Sequence record: MT446392.1
Origin: Escherichia virus TH15
Length of the DNA: 64,000 nucleotides
Direction: 5' to 3' (one strand)
This document shows, one piece after another, positions 33,234 to 43,976 of this stretch. The notes under the pieces are model-generated. The model worked only from the letters and a program-made list of their open reading frames with translations. It had not been told where the DNA came from and did not search any database. Within the stretch, counting starts at the first letter, position 1; the number at the start of each line of letters is the position of its first letter. The translations under genes were made by a program, and so were the position numbers.

Positions 33234-35180
33234 TTATAGTGTAATTGGTTCGAGGTCAATCTTTGTATATTGGGGACGAAGGTCATTCTCAAATACAATC
33301 AGCGAACCATCTTGCGTGTATATATTATCTTGGTTAGGACTTGCATAAAGTTCGATTGATTGAACCTCAAAGCGGTCGGAGGTCAATCCAATCGCAGCGA
33401 TATCCCAAAAAATATAATCAGAATAATAGTCAATTTCGCCGATTGCGTAATAAACTGTTTGGTCAGCCGGAGCTTCCATTTTATTAAAGTCATCTTGTAG
33501 ATAAGGCTGGATGTTTACGTTTTCGATAACATCGCCTTGACGGAATGGACCAATTACCATTTTACCATCACCACGAGAATCTTTATCGGTTGCAACAATG
33601 CGAACGTTATAGGCTTCACCTGTGGTCGGAACAAATTCAAATTCACTTGATTCGACAGAACGGTTGCCATACTGGTTATAGTATTTAATGCCGGATTCTG
33701 GTGTCTTAAAGAAGTTCAGGACTTCACGCACCATCGAAATAGTTGCAGACGAACCAAGAATACTATGATCAGTATTATCAACATATGTGAGCATTTTTGA
33801 CTTAGCAAAACTTCTGTTAAAGATTTCGACTTCATCGATATAATAACGGTCAATTTGATTAATGATTTGCGCTTGCAACCATTGTTCAGATTCTTGTAAT
33901 TTGTTCAGCGCATAAGATACTTTGATATTATGTCTAAGGAACAAATAATCTGGAGAAATAACCGATGGTGTAATTGTTGATACGTTGAAATCCGCCAGGT
34001 AGTTCTGTATGTCCTCACGCTGCACTGCAGTGAGATATAGGCCCGATTTAGGCTTAACTGATATAAACGCATACCCAGGTTTATTGGCGTCCGTAAACGT
34101 CTGTACGGCTTGCACGATTGAGCCGAATCTTTCAGATACGAAGGTATCATAATCCGTTCCGGTGACAGCACGCATCTGCGCTTCACGTTTAACAACAGCC
34201 AGTTCACGGATTCGTTCGATATCTTCCTGGTCCCCGCCACCATCGGCACCGACATAATCAGGGTCGTCATTGTAGTTTTCGGTAATCTTATCCACTGTGA
34301 TATAAGACAACGTATCAGCATAACTGAAATCTACTGCACCGTTAGCATCCGCTCCTGATGTACGAAGATACTCAATAACAATTGTCGAATCTTGTACAGG
34401 TTTAAGACCGCCAATATAGTTGGCTTCCATAACGCCGCCGGCTACAGATTTAGTAGATTCACCTTCACCGAAGAAAAATTCCGTATAACCATCGATTGTT
34501 TCACGCATATAAAATATGGTGGAAGTCGAACCAGCGTGAACCATTGATTTGTTCGTCCAGTCAACCCACTCAACGCCGTTCACGTATAACTTAACTTCTT
34601 TGCGGTCGATATCCGGGTCACGAATAAGAATAGGTTGTTTCGGGTCATATAAAAGTTCTGTACGAATAATACGACCTTGTGCCAGAGATACAATCGGAAG
34701 GTATTGGTTGTTAATATCTTTAACTGCGATAACATTTTCAGTGGTAACAAAAACATAAGGGTCAGCTGATGTATCCCGAGCATAAGCCAGGAACTTAGTT
34801 CCACGAGGTATTTCAATATTCGATGGTTGCAGAGCATGGGAACACGTCAACATAACAGAAGTCTTTGCAGCTGAGCGAGAAGATGGAAGATAGCCATTAT
34901 CCTGTGCCGCCTGAACAACCGAAGACCTTAAGTTTGCAGTTCCGATGAATGTTTCATAAACCGCTGTATTAGCAAACTGCTGCATATACAATGTATTATA
35001 TGCAAGCATATCAATCAGGATGTTCATTCGCGAACCTACGAAATCATAATCCTTAAATTCATCCTGGCTTGATAACCAGTCGATGATGTTCTTTTTAATT
35101 TCTTCAAACGTAGCTCCCACAAATACTTTTGGGATAGCGTTAACGGTTCTTGTTAATTGGTAATTCGTAGGAGTAGCCAT
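33234..35180 (-). CDS. 6: gp6 baseplate wedge protein
   Basis: 648 aa; synteny between 5.4 and 7. Confidence 0.9.
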   Translation of the reverse strand: MATPTNYQLTRTVNAIPKVFVGATFEEIKKNIIDWLSSQDEFKDYDFVGSRMNILIDMLAYNTLYMQQFANTAVYETFIGTANLRSSVVQAAQDNGYLPSSRSAAKTSVMLTCSHALQPSNIEIPRGTKFLAYARDTSADPYVFVTTENVIAVKDINNQYLPIVSLAQGRIIRTELLYDPKQPILIRDPDIDRKEVKLYVNGVEWVDWTNKSMVHAGSTSTIFYMRETIDGYTEFFFGEGESTKSVAGGVMEANYIGGLKPVQDSTIVIEYLRTSGADANGAVDFSYADTLSYITVDKITENYNDDPDYVGADGGGDQEDIERIRELAVVKREAQMRAVTGTDYDTFVSERFGSIVQAVQTFTDANKPGYAFISVKPKSGLYLTAVQREDIQNYLADFNVSTITPSVISPDYLFLRHNIKVSYALNKLQESEQWLQAQIINQIDRYYIDEVEIFNRSFAKSKMLTYVDNTDHSILGSSATISMVREVLNFFKTPESGIKYYNQYGNRSVESSEFEFVPTTGEAYNVRIVATDKDSRGDGKMVIGPFRQGDVIENVNIQPYLQDDFNKMEAPADQTVYYAIGEIDYYSDYIFWDIAAIGLTSDRFEVQSIELYASPNQDNIYTQDGSLIVFENDLRPQYTKIDLEPITL

Positions 35181-35188
35181 TTTATTTC

Positions 35189-35482
35189 CTATTTTATAAA
35201 GACTTTTGATGAGGCTTGAGCCACAGTATCACCACATGAAATCGGGTCTGCCATCTGGACGGCCTTTTTGCCTGTAACATACACCTTTGATGTTCTAGGT
35301 TGGGTTACTCCACCATGGGTTTCATATGGTTTTTTAATTTCTGTATGTTCGGTAATAGGGTCCCCGGCAACTAACACAGGAATTCCCCCTGTGAATACTT
35401 TACCTTGGGTTGCATTGATTACAGTCGGCGGCCATGCTTCGTGACCTGCTGTAACACATTGATTAAAACTTAATCCAGCCAT
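35189..35482 (-). CDS. 5.4: gp5.4 PAAR-repeat spike tip protein
   Basis: 97 aa, same length and position as T4 gp5.4. Confidence 0.88.
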   Translation of the reverse strand: MAGLSFNQCVTAGHEAWPPTVINATQGKVFTGGIPVLVAGDPITEHTEIKKPYETHGGVTQPRTSKVYVTGKKAVQMADPISCGDTVAQASSKVFIK

Positions 35483-36040
35483 TTAATCCCTCGCGTATAC
35501 GTATGAACGCAATTTATCTGCACATCGGCTCCAGTTACCGACGATAGTTTTTGTGTAAACTTTTGTCATTGTCTTTCTTACTGGGGCCGGAGGTGGGTCT
35601 GTCTCGTTGCCTGCCCGACTATTACTACCACCAGAGTTCCCTGTGTCTCCTCCAGAGCTCTCTTCTTGAAAGTCATAGGTTAGGGTTACTGTGTATGAAA
35701 AGACCTTCTGGAGGCTCGCTGGGGCCCTCCAGAGATACAATTGAGTGCTCTTATCCACAGGAAGTTCTTCCCATGAAGCAGCAGTTTTGAATTCATCATC
35801 AAGCCGATATTTAAGTGCATCATCTGCAAATCCGAACACGGATTCATAAACACCATAAAGATGATTGCCCTCAACATTAACGCCAGGGGTGGCCTCATAT
35901 TCAGTTATATTTATTTCGACTAATGTTTCGTTTGTTTCTAATTGAGCTGTAAACGTAACATCGATTGAGGCTCCTTCCATGGAGTCTCCTAGGTCAGTGC
36001 TCATTGGGGTTATATTAGCCAATGTCAATCCTCGAACCAT
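35483..36040 (-). CDS. hypothetical protein in the 5.1/5.3 position; start uncertain (track ORF begins at non-ATG 36064)
   Basis: ORF between gene 5 and 5.4; first ATG at 36040, another at 36004. Confidence 0.5.
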   Translation of the reverse strand: MVRGLTLANITPMSTDLGDSMEGASIDVTFTAQLETNETLVEINITEYEATPGVNVEGNHLYGVYESVFGFADDALKYRLDDEFKTAASWEELPVDKSTQLYLWRAPASLQKVFSYTVTLTYDFQEESSGGDTGNSGGSNSRAGNETDPPPAPVRKTMTKVYTKTIVGNWSRCADKLRSYVYARD

Positions 36041-37757
36041 CAATAGTATATTGTCCAGATGCAATAGAACTCATTGAAGCCATAGTCTCGGACCAAGCAC
36101 CTGCACAAGTCCAAGATACAGTACCATTTACAGTCCAGTTTAAATTACCATTAGTCGTGCGAGTTTCATTACCTTCTACTAAGGTAGTCGCATCACCCTT
36201 AACAGTAACATCAGCATTTCCTTCAACAATAACAGTAACGTTGCCTTTAACTCTGAGTGTTCCATTACCTTCTACAGTTTTCTCTTCGTTACCACGAATA
36301 TGGATGGTTTCGTTTCCATCGGTCTGACGACGAACGTTAGCCATATTGTAATAGGTTTCATCACCGCCAACGTTGACTTTATTATTACCACCGACATAAG
36401 TACTCGAATCGCCCTGGGTCATATAATAACCATCGGCTACCGTCTTCGAAGTCTTACGACCATCTGGTGCAACTTCCTCGTAGGAGCCAGTCGGGTGAAT
36501 CAGTCGATAACGTTCTTGCCCTGGAGTGTTATCGAATTCCTGAATATGTCCGCCTTCGGTTTGCATTGTCTGCACATAAGGATATTCGCCCTTGTAACTT
36601 GATTCTGGCTCTTTAAATAGAATCCTCGTATCTTCTGGAGTCCACGGGTCGGCCGGGTCAGAATTTGTAGGGGCCGCAAAGGTTTGAATCATCCTATATG
36701 AACGCCCTTTAAATTCCATTTCTTTAGGGGCCATTATACCATATGATTCCATATTACCGGTAAGGATAATCATTGATACCCTTGATGCACGCCCTTTAGT
36801 TTGGTTAAACCATACTGAATTACGAGCTTCCTCAAATGCCTTTTTATAATCGCCTATTAACATTGCACTAAGCATTCCACGGAATTTAGCAAGTCCACCT
36901 AATCCCATTTGGAAAGCCATGTTTTCAAGAGCCATTTGTCTCGAACGGTTTTCTTTATTGTAAACCGGACCTACAACACTATGCCTACCTATATCACTTT
37001 GTACTTTCTTAAGGTCTTCCTGGAATAATTTGGAAGCCTCGTCCATTGATATTGCGCCAGGGTTACCTTTAACTTCACGGCCTATTTGATTAGATAATAT
37101 TTTGTTTATCTGATTCATATCTCTAATAGGTTGTGGTGTAATAAGGTGGCCAATCCCGACAGTCGGATAACCTTCGGTGTCCCAATATACTTTCAGACGA
37201 AGCCCCTCATCACGGTGAAGCATATTTTCAATTGTGAAATTAGGGTTATCGTCTGGCTTAACCTGACTTAAATCAAGACCATCAGGGTTAATACCCAAAT
37301 CAAGGTTTGAATCCTGGATTACGTTTGAAGTGGCATCATAACCAACTTCACCCCCTCGGTTAAGCGCTGCAGCATCATTACCGACATAAAGTGGGTATTG
37401 TCCTGTGGGGTCAGAGAAACCTTCGTTAGGATTTGCTTTTTGCCTTGAGGCTGAACCGTATGTACCAATGACAAGACCGTTGAGCTTCCACTTGTCTAAA
37501 AAGTGACCATACACCTGAGTCCCTGGTACCATACCAGTCATGGCAGTTTGAATTCCAGAAACCGACGCAGATGATGTTGGCATCAGCACAGACATCCATG
37601 GTAGGTCTTCAGTTCTGATACCTTTTACAGGCCCTTGTGATTTCTCATATGGATGCATACCCCATACACGAACACGGACTCTACCTTGCTGAAGCGGGTC
37701 CATTCGGTCTTCAACCACACCGACGAACCAGCTTACACTATCTGACATATTAATCAT
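36015..37757 (-). CDS. 5: gp5 baseplate hub / cell-puncturing device with lysozyme domain
   Basis: 580 aa; internal lysozyme block YWDTEGYPTVGIGHLI similar to e lysozyme; C-terminal beta-helix repeats VxGN. Confidence 0.95.
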   Translation of the reverse strand: MINMSDSVSWFVGVVEDRMDPLQQGRVRVRVWGMHPYEKSQGPVKGIRTEDLPWMSVLMPTSSASVSGIQTAMTGMVPGTQVYGHFLDKWKLNGLVIGTYGSASRQKANPNEGFSDPTGQYPLYVGNDAAALNRGGEVGYDATSNVIQDSNLDLGINPDGLDLSQVKPDDNPNFTIENMLHRDEGLRLKVYWDTEGYPTVGIGHLITPQPIRDMNQINKILSNQIGREVKGNPGAISMDEASKLFQEDLKKVQSDIGRHSVVGPVYNKENRSRQMALENMAFQMGLGGLAKFRGMLSAMLIGDYKKAFEEARNSVWFNQTKGRASRVSMIILTGNMESYGIMAPKEMEFKGRSYRMIQTFAAPTNSDPADPWTPEDTRILFKEPESSYKGEYPYVQTMQTEGGHIQEFDNTPGQERYRLIHPTGSYEEVAPDGRKTSKTVADGYYMTQGDSSTYVGGNNKVNVGGDETYYNMANVRRQTDGNETIHIRGNEEKTVEGNGTLRVKGNVTVIVEGNADVTVKGDATTLVEGNETRTTNGNLNWTVNGTVSWTCAGAWSETMASMSSIASGQYTIDGSRIDIG

Positions 37758-38356
37758 AGCGACTTCTCCATCTCACGAATAAGCGCCGAAATAAAAGATT
37801 CGATATCGTTAGGGTCGATTATCTTTATTTCTCGTTTGTATTCATTTTTGCGAATAGCATCTTCATAGATATCCACTGCGGCTAATGGACCTTCGTATTG
37901 TGGGTATAATTTGTTTTTATCGCCTTTATCGTACCAGGTGTATGGATTATCAGGATAAGAAACAAGGTTCCAGAATTTTTCACCATCTTCATTTACATGA
38001 TAAAGAACCTGATTGCCCCCGACATTCGAATATTTCTGAATTGATGCTTGATAAGATGCTTCTTGGGTACAAAGCCAACCATAATACGGGTCATAGATAT
38101 CATTGAGCATAAGGAGAACCCAATAGAGCTGAGTGTTGCCGTATAGCTGATATGCTAATTCTTCCGGGCGCGGAGCTCCGGCAATGTAATAGGTTTTTGG
38201 TGTATAATTGGCCGCGACTCTATCAAAGTAAGCACGATAATTTCTGAAGATGTCTGTCATTGGAATGCTTAAGACGTCTTCTTTCGTTAATGATGCCGAG
38301 TTTTTTCTGATTGTTTTAGCATCATAATCAATTGGGTTAAAAAATGAAAAAAGCAT
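37754..38356 (-). CDS. 53: gp53 baseplate wedge protein
   Basis: Start re-set to ATG 38356 (MLFSFFNPIDY..KT matches T4 gp53 N-terminus); ~200 aa. Confidence 0.9.
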   Translation of the reverse strand: MLFSFFNPIDYDAKTIRKNSASLTKEDVLSIPMTDIFRNYRAYFDRVAANYTPKTYYIAGAPRPEELAYQLYGNTQLYWVLLMLNDIYDPYYGWLCTQEASYQASIQKYSNVGGNQVLYHVNEDGEKFWNLVSYPDNPYTWYDKGDKNKLYPQYEGPLAAVDIYEDAIRKNEYKREIKIIDPNDIESFISALIREMEKSL

Positions 38357-38368
38357 AAAGCCTCCATT

Positions 38369-38376
38369 TATAAATA
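38369..38376 (+). promoter_or_regulatory. T4-type late promoter TATAAATA for gene 4; near-consensus TATAAATG on the opposite strand for divergent gene 53
   Basis: Exact octamer 29 nt upstream of gene 4 ATG. Confidence 0.65.
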
Positions 38377-38404
38377 AGTATATCAATATTTATTAGGAGG
38401 CTAT

Positions 38405-38854
38405 ATGGCGTACTCCGGGAAATTTAAGCCCACTAATATAGAAAAATATAAGGGCGACTGGAAGAAAATACAATACAGGTCAAGTTGGGAGGCTTGGTTG
38501 ATGAGATGGCTTGACAACCATCCGAACGTTGTTCAATGGGGTTCTGAGACTGTTATCATCCCTTACTTTAGCAATGCTGATGGTAAAAAGCGCAGGTATT
38601 ATATGGATTTCTGGGTTAAGTTTGATACAGGACAACAGTTCTTTTTCGAAGTTAAGCCATTAAAAGAAACAAGGCCTCCAGCCAAACCGGTTAATAATAC
38701 CGCCGCGAGTAAAAAGAGATTTATTAACGAGATGTACACCTGGAGCGTTAACTCTGACAAATGGAAAGCTGCACAAGCTACCGCGGATAAGATGGGTATA
38801 ACGTTCAGGATAATCACTGAAAACTCACTGAAAAAATTAGGATGGAAAGGATGA
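38405..38854 (+). CDS. 4: gp4 head completion protein
   Basis: 149 aa; MAYSGK....N..KY.GD.KKI.YRS.WE matches T4 gp4. Confidence 0.92.
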   Translation: MAYSGKFKPTNIEKYKGDWKKIQYRSSWEAWLMRWLDNHPNVVQWGSETVIIPYFSNADGKKRRYYMDFWVKFDTGQQFFFEVKPLKETRPPAKPVNNTAASKKRFINEMYTWSVNSDKWKAAQATADKMGITFRIITENSLKKLGWKG

Positions 38855-39675
38855 GTATTTTTACATTTATCAATGAATCTGCAGATAAACCGGGTCCGAA
38901 ACCCAGTAAATCCGAACAACAATGGGTTGAGATAGGGGTTGAATTTTATACAGCAAAAGAAAAGGGAATGACCTCGAAGAAGTTTGCTGAAGAGAAGGGA
39001 ATCAACTATTCAACCTTTACCAAAAGCATGTCAAGATATCATTCGAGAATTCAGACTGCTTATAAAGTATCCAAACTCAAAAAGAAACCTGCTGGTAAAC
39101 TTACAAAGGCTGAACGCCAGCTGATAATGGTGAATAGCTTTAGGAAGAGCATAAGAGATAAAATTGCTAACGAAGGTGCTGCAAGCAACACCAAATCTGC
39201 CAGATGGTTCGCTGAGACAATTAAGAAAGCTGTCAGAGGGCACGTAACGGCTAAACCTCAACCAGGTAAGATTTATGCTTATATCTATGATGCAAAGCAT
39301 AAGGATACTCTTCCGTACTGGGACAAATATCCATTAATCATTTATCTTGGGTTAGGTAAGCACAATTTGATGTATGGTTTGAACTTGCACTATATTCCAC
39401 CGAAGGCACGTCAAGAGTTCCTTGAGGAACTTCTTAAGCAATATGCTAATACTCCTACGATTACGAACAAGACTCATCTGAAGATTGATTGGTCAAAGGT
39501 GAAGGGATTTAAAGGGGCTGACCAGATGATTAAAGCATATATACCTGGTAATATAAAAGGCACTATCACTGAAATCAAGCCCAGCGACTGGGCAAATGTG
39601 GTATTACTCCCCCTCCAACAATTTATGTCGAAAGGCAAAAGATTCTCTTCACAAAAAGTATGGAGAAATTCATAA
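38842..39675 (+). CDS. 2: gp2 DNA end protector protein (alternative start at 38851 overlapping gp4 stop)
   Basis: 277 aa; synteny 4-2-3-1. Confidence 0.85.
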   Translation: MERMSIFTFINESADKPGPKPSKSEQQWVEIGVEFYTAKEKGMTSKKFAEEKGINYSTFTKSMSRYHSRIQTAYKVSKLKKKPAGKLTKAERQLIMVNSFRKSIRDKIANEGAASNTKSARWFAETIKKAVRGHVTAKPQPGKIYAYIYDAKHKDTLPYWDKYPLIIYLGLGKHNLMYGLNLHYIPPKARQEFLEELLKQYANTPTITNKTHLKIDWSKVKGFKGADQMIKAYIPGNIKGTITEIKPSDWANVVLLPLQQFMSKGKRFSSQKVWRNS

Positions 39676-39760
39676 TCTATTATCGGTCAGTGTTATTGGT
39701 AAGGACAAAAGGTCTAGAACCATTATAACACTGATTGGTTTAAAGCAAACAAGGTGCACT

Positions 39761-40360
39761 ATGTCAGGTTTATATAATCAAACTAACACGACTAACTTTA
39801 TATTAGAGGTAAGCGATTCAAACCTCACACAGACTTTTAAACTCAACGTTCAAGACGTTACCCTCCCAGGAGTTCACATCCCTGTTACAGATGTCCCGGG
39901 TGGAACACAAGGCATAAATCGCTCCAGTCTTCCTGGTAGTACAATAGAATTCGACCCGCTGATTGTTAACTTTCTGTGTGACAAAGACCTAAGGGCATGG
40001 CTTGATATCTATAAATGGATGCTCTCGCTTAACAACTACATCACACACGAATCAAAGGCATGGCATCCAAAGGGTCGTCCCGAAGCGGTCACGCTTCATA
40101 TCTTAGATAACAACAAGGACAAAATTGTCATGTCAATCCATTACTATGGAGCATGGCCGTCCGACCTGTCAGAGATTCAGTATTCATATAAAGAAGATTC
40201 TGACCCTGCTATCAACGCAACAGCAACTTTTAACTTTAAGTCTTTTGCTGTGGAAATTGATGGTATAATAATAGAAGGTAGACCACAGATTGATAGTAAT
40301 GCAGCAATGCAACAGGAAATCAGGTCTAAGTCAATGCATCCATCTATGAGAAACGTATGA
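39761..40360 (+). CDS. 3: gp3 tail completion and sheath stabilizer protein (start set to first ATG with SD)
   Basis: ~199 aa; position between 2 and 1. Confidence 0.7.
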   Translation: MSGLYNQTNTTNFILEVSDSNLTQTFKLNVQDVTLPGVHIPVTDVPGGTQGINRSSLPGSTIEFDPLIVNFLCDKDLRAWLDIYKWMLSLNNYITHESKAWHPKGRPEAVTLHILDNNKDKIVMSIHYYGAWPSDLSEIQYSYKEDSDPAINATATFNFKSFAVEIDGIIIEGRPQIDSNAAMQQEIRSKSMHPSMRNV

Positions 40361-41033
40361 AATTAATTGCGATTGTGGGTAAAAAACGCAGTGGTAAAGA
40401 TACGACTGCTGATTATGTTATTAGTCAAAACGGAACAAAGTGGCAACTTGCTGGTCCAATTAAAGAAGCGCTTTATAAAGCGTGGGTTCGTCAAGACCTG
40501 CCACACAATTTGACCCTGGAAAATTTTGATGGACAAGGTTATGACCGTGAAAAAACATTGATAATGAACAACACCGAAGCTCATATTCTTCTGGTTGATG
40601 CTCTTGAATGGTTAAAACAACAATATAATCTTGACCTTCCGAATCCAGATATGGTTCGTAAAATCATTGAATTTCACACACTAAATAATGTTGAGCCCTG
40701 GACAGTTAGACGTTTCATGCAGACCCTTGGAACTGACATCGTTTGTACAGAGTTCGACAGCATGTTTTGGATTAAAACTTTTGCATGCGATTATCTTGAC
40801 AACCTCTATTCTGGATATAAATATTACGTTGTCCCAGATGTTCGCCAAAAGAACGAACTTGATTCGCTTCGGGCGATGGGTGCTACAATAATCTTTGTAG
40901 AGCGCGATGAAGCAAATCATTCTACTGATACACACATTACGGAAGCTGGACTTCCACCACTAGCTAGTGACATTGTTATTAAAAACGATGGCACACTCGA
41001 AGAACTTTTTGATAAAATTAATAAGGTAATATA

Positions 41034-41034
<1 letters not shown>
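40357..41034 (+). CDS. 1: gp1 deoxynucleoside monophosphate kinase
   Basis: 225 aa; P-loop GKKRSGKDTTADY like T4 gp1. Confidence 0.92.
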
Positions 41035-41723
<689 letters not shown>

Positions 41724-41725
<2 letters not shown>

Positions 41726-41762
41726 TGTACAAATGAGTGTAGGTGCAGTATTATGTTCCTAC
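41724..41762 (+). promoter_or_regulatory. early promoter (GTGTAC -35, TATTAT -10) with -10 inside inverted repeat GTGTAGG/CCTACAC
   Basis: Read directly upstream of first internal-protein-like gene. Confidence 0.5.
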
Positions 41763-41785
41763 ACCAACGAACAAACGGAGTTAAA

Positions 41786-42118
41786 ATGAACATCAAGACT
41801 TATAACGAGTTTTTAGTCGAATCCGCCATCAATGAGACCAAATCAATTGATGATAGTGAAGGCTCTCTGAAATTTGGTTTATCCAAAAATGCAGATGGTG
41901 TTTTCTTTCAGATTGGTAATGAACGTTTTCAAACGTCCAAATATTCCAAAGCTGCAGTTGAAGCTGTCCTGAAATCTGGTGGCAAGTGGAAAGGCAAAGA
42001 AGGTACTAAAGAAATTGGTATCGCTGTTGACGGCGGTATGGCTTATTTCAAAATTGGTGATGAACAATTCATTATGTCTGCTCGCGGACGTAAAGAACTT
42101 GCAAAACTTTATAAATAA
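41786..42118 (+). CDS. internal-protein-like capsid-targeted protein (N-terminal CTS-like MNIKTYNEFLVE)
   Basis: 110 aa from ATG 41786; N-terminus resembles T4 IP capsid targeting sequence MKTYQEFIAE. Confidence 0.65.
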   Translation: MNIKTYNEFLVESAINETKSIDDSEGSLKFGLSKNADGVFFQIGNERFQTSKYSKAAVEAVLKSGGKWKGKEGTKEIGIAVDGGMAYFKIGDEQFIMSARGRKELAKLYK

Positions 42119-42126
42119 GGTTTCTT

Positions 42127-42399
42127 ATGAAAACTTTCAATGAATTTTTCAACGAGTCCCAACTGAATGAAGAAGTAAAAATTAGTAAATCAGTCAAAGC
42201 TATGATTGACAATATCAATCACCTGTATAGCATTGACTTAACTGACCATATAACAATTGGCAACAAACGCAACTTTTTCGCGTTTGACATTTCAGAACTT
42301 GACCAGAACCAAATTAATAACATTGAGCGTTTTGCCAATGATAAGGGTCTCCGCCACGAGACAGCTGGTTATAAAAAATATGCAATTTATCTAAAATAG
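42127..42399 (+). CDS. internal-protein-like protein (CTS-like MKTFNEFFNE)
   Basis: 90 aa. Confidence 0.65.
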   Translation: MKTFNEFFNESQLNEEVKISKSVKAMIDNINHLYSIDLTDHITIGNKRNFFAFDISELDQNQINNIERFANDKGLRHETAGYKKYAIYLK

Positions 42400-42407
42400 G
42401 ATTTCAA

Positions 42408-42707
42408 ATGCAAACTTTTCATGAATTTTTGGTAGAAAACAATTACCTGGCGGAAGCAAAAACCTGGCCTCTGGGCCTTCAGAAGAAAAACACCTACAAA
42501 TGGGTTGACTTCAAAGGCAAAGGCGACGCTGAAGACTTTGACCAGCTGCGTAAAAATGGTTATACCTTCCTTGACTCTAACTATAATAAAATTACCTCAT
42601 TTGGTCAGAAATCCAGCATCGCATATATTGAAACTGGTAAAAACACCCCTAAGAACATCACTGACGACTTCGCAGCTTATGGCGTGATTCGCGGTTCAAA
42701 AATGTAA
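42408..42707 (+). CDS. internal-protein-like protein (CTS-like MQTFHEFLVE)
   Basis: 99 aa. Confidence 0.65.
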   Translation: MQTFHEFLVENNYLAEAKTWPLGLQKKNTYKWVDFKGKGDAEDFDQLRKNGYTFLDSNYNKITSFGQKSSIAYIETGKNTPKNITDDFAAYGVIRGSKM

Positions 42708-42742
42708 TGTACATGATGGGATAACTGCAGTATAATTATCCC
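42708..42742 (+). promoter_or_regulatory. early promoter with -10 TATAAT embedded in inverted repeat GGGATA/TATCCC (PeSL-like cassette)
   Basis: TATAAT at 42731-42736; conserved leader TATCCCATCAACTACTGGAG follows. Confidence 0.5.
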
Positions 42743-42762
42743 ATCAACTACTGGAGCTACTA

Positions 42763-43041
42763 ATGAAAACTTATCAAGAATTTATTAACGAATCAATTAG
42801 TCACCCGGATATGCTGGAAGACCTGAAAGGACATCTGATGGTTAAGGCCAAACCGGTTGATGGTGGCGCATTTGAGTTGTTTCTTGTTAAAGGCGAAAAC
42901 GGTCCTGATAACAAGAAAGTTTCAGCAATGATGTTGACTAAAGGTTACAAAGTCAGTTCTTCCTGGAATGCTCCATTCACTTACGCGGTAAGCCCTCGTG
43001 AACTGAAAAAAGTTAAAGCTGGACAATATACAAAAATTTAG
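42763..43041 (+). CDS. internal-protein-like protein (CTS MKTYQEFINE)
   Basis: 92 aa. Confidence 0.7.
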   Translation: MKTYQEFINESISHPDMLEDLKGHLMVKAKPVDGGAFELFLVKGENGPDNKKVSAMMLTKGYKVSSSWNAPFTYAVSPRELKKVKAGQYTKI

Positions 43042-43076
43042 TGTACGTGATGGGATAGTTGCAGTATAATTATCCC
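43041..43076 (+). promoter_or_regulatory. early promoter GTGTAC / TATAAT within GGGATA/TATCCC inverted repeat (PeSL-like)
   Basis: Near-identical to 42708-42742 cassette. Confidence 0.5.
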
Positions 43077-43096
43077 ATCAACTACTGGAGCTACTA

Positions 43097-43351
43097 ATGA
43101 AAACTTATCAAGAATTTATTAACGAAGCCGCAGATGCAAAAGTTGAGTTTGCTTACGTTGGTTCCCCGCGCGGCAGTTTTTCTAATGAAGAATTCCGTCG
43201 TTCACTGGACAATTTCATGCAGTTAAGTGCTGAAGTATCGCATGATGGCCGTTATGACATCGTTACTATTAGCGGTTCTGAAGACCTTATCAAAAAGTGG
43301 TACAAGCAGAAAGATGTTGAGATGCGTTACTATCGTATCCCTAAAAAATAA
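43097..43351 (+). CDS. internal-protein-like protein (CTS MKTYQEFINE)
   Basis: 84 aa. Confidence 0.7.
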   Translation: MKTYQEFINEAADAKVEFAYVGSPRGSFSNEEFRRSLDNFMQLSAEVSHDGRYDIVTISGSEDLIKKWYKQKDVEMRYYRIPKK

Positions 43352-43386
43352 GTGTACATTTGAATGGGATAGCGTATAATTATCCC
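43352..43386 (+). promoter_or_regulatory. early promoter GTGTAC / TATAAT within GGGATA/TATCCC inverted repeat (PeSL-like)
   Basis: TATAAT 43375-43380. Confidence 0.5.
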
Positions 43387-43408
43387 ATCAACTACTGAGG
43401 AGAATAAA

Positions 43409-43594
43409 ATGAAACGTTGCGAATTAATTAGAAATGTTACTGCCATTGTTGCTGTTACCGCTTTTGGTTTTAGCATGTTTGCTGGCTTTATGTTGAATAT
43501 GCTTTCAACTTCTGAGAATATAATCTCTTTAGTAGTGGCATTCTTAATTGGTTCAATCTCTTTTGTTATGGATAAAATCTCTAAAGGTGAGTAA
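43409..43594 (+). CDS. small membrane protein (two predicted hydrophobic helices)
   Basis: 61 aa; hydrophobic stretches. Confidence 0.5.
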   Translation: MKRCELIRNVTAIVAVTAFGFSMFAGFMLNMLSTSENIISLVVAFLIGSISFVMDKISKGE

Positions 43595-43595
43595 A

Positions 43596-43976
43596 ATGTA
43601 TAAAGTGTACGCGGATTATCAGGCAAACCCATCTGACAAACCAGAATGTCAAATTGGGTGGGCGCATGACACCCTGCTTGAAGCGGTAGATAACGCCCAG
43701 AAATTAGGATATAGTTACGTAGATATTGTTCAACCATCTGGAACGGTTATTACTCTTGAAGAATTCAAGAATATCAAAACAAACTTTTTACTCTTTGCTG
43801 GCGATAGCTATTATCCCCGGGGCGGTTATGCAGACCTAATCGCAAAAGCCGCTACCGAAGATGAACTGCGTGATATCATTAAAGAAAACGAGAATAAGCC
43901 TCAATATGGTTCTAACCGTTTTGACTGGTGGCAGATTGTTAATGCCAATACTCATACTATTGTTGATGAAGGTTGA
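43596..43976 (+). CDS. hypothetical protein
   Basis: 126 aa from ATG 43596 with SD AAAGGTGAG; ATGA coupling to next ORF. Confidence 0.55.
   Translation: MYKVYADYQANPSDKPECQIGWAHDTLLEAVDNAQKLGYSYVDIVQPSGTVITLEEFKNIKTNFLLFAGDSYYPRGGYADLIAKAATEDELRDIIKENENKPQYGSNRFDWWQIVNANTHTIVDEG

Noticed and set aside
33206-33298. N-terminal extension of gene 7 overlapping gene 6
   Set aside because: Track start is upstream of a good ribosome site and ATG at 33205, which gives the T4 gp7 length and N-terminus
38357-38386. N-terminal extension of gene 53 (track start is a TTG)
   Set aside because: ATG at 38356 with GGAGG site matches T4 gp53 N-terminus
43330-43737. 135-aa minus-strand ORF in the IP / small-gene region
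   Set aside because: Overlaps plus-strand genes that have promoters and ribosome sites; minus-strand ORFs in the early region (also 45708-46250, 46358-46678, 49227-49769, 60575-60880) treated as shadows
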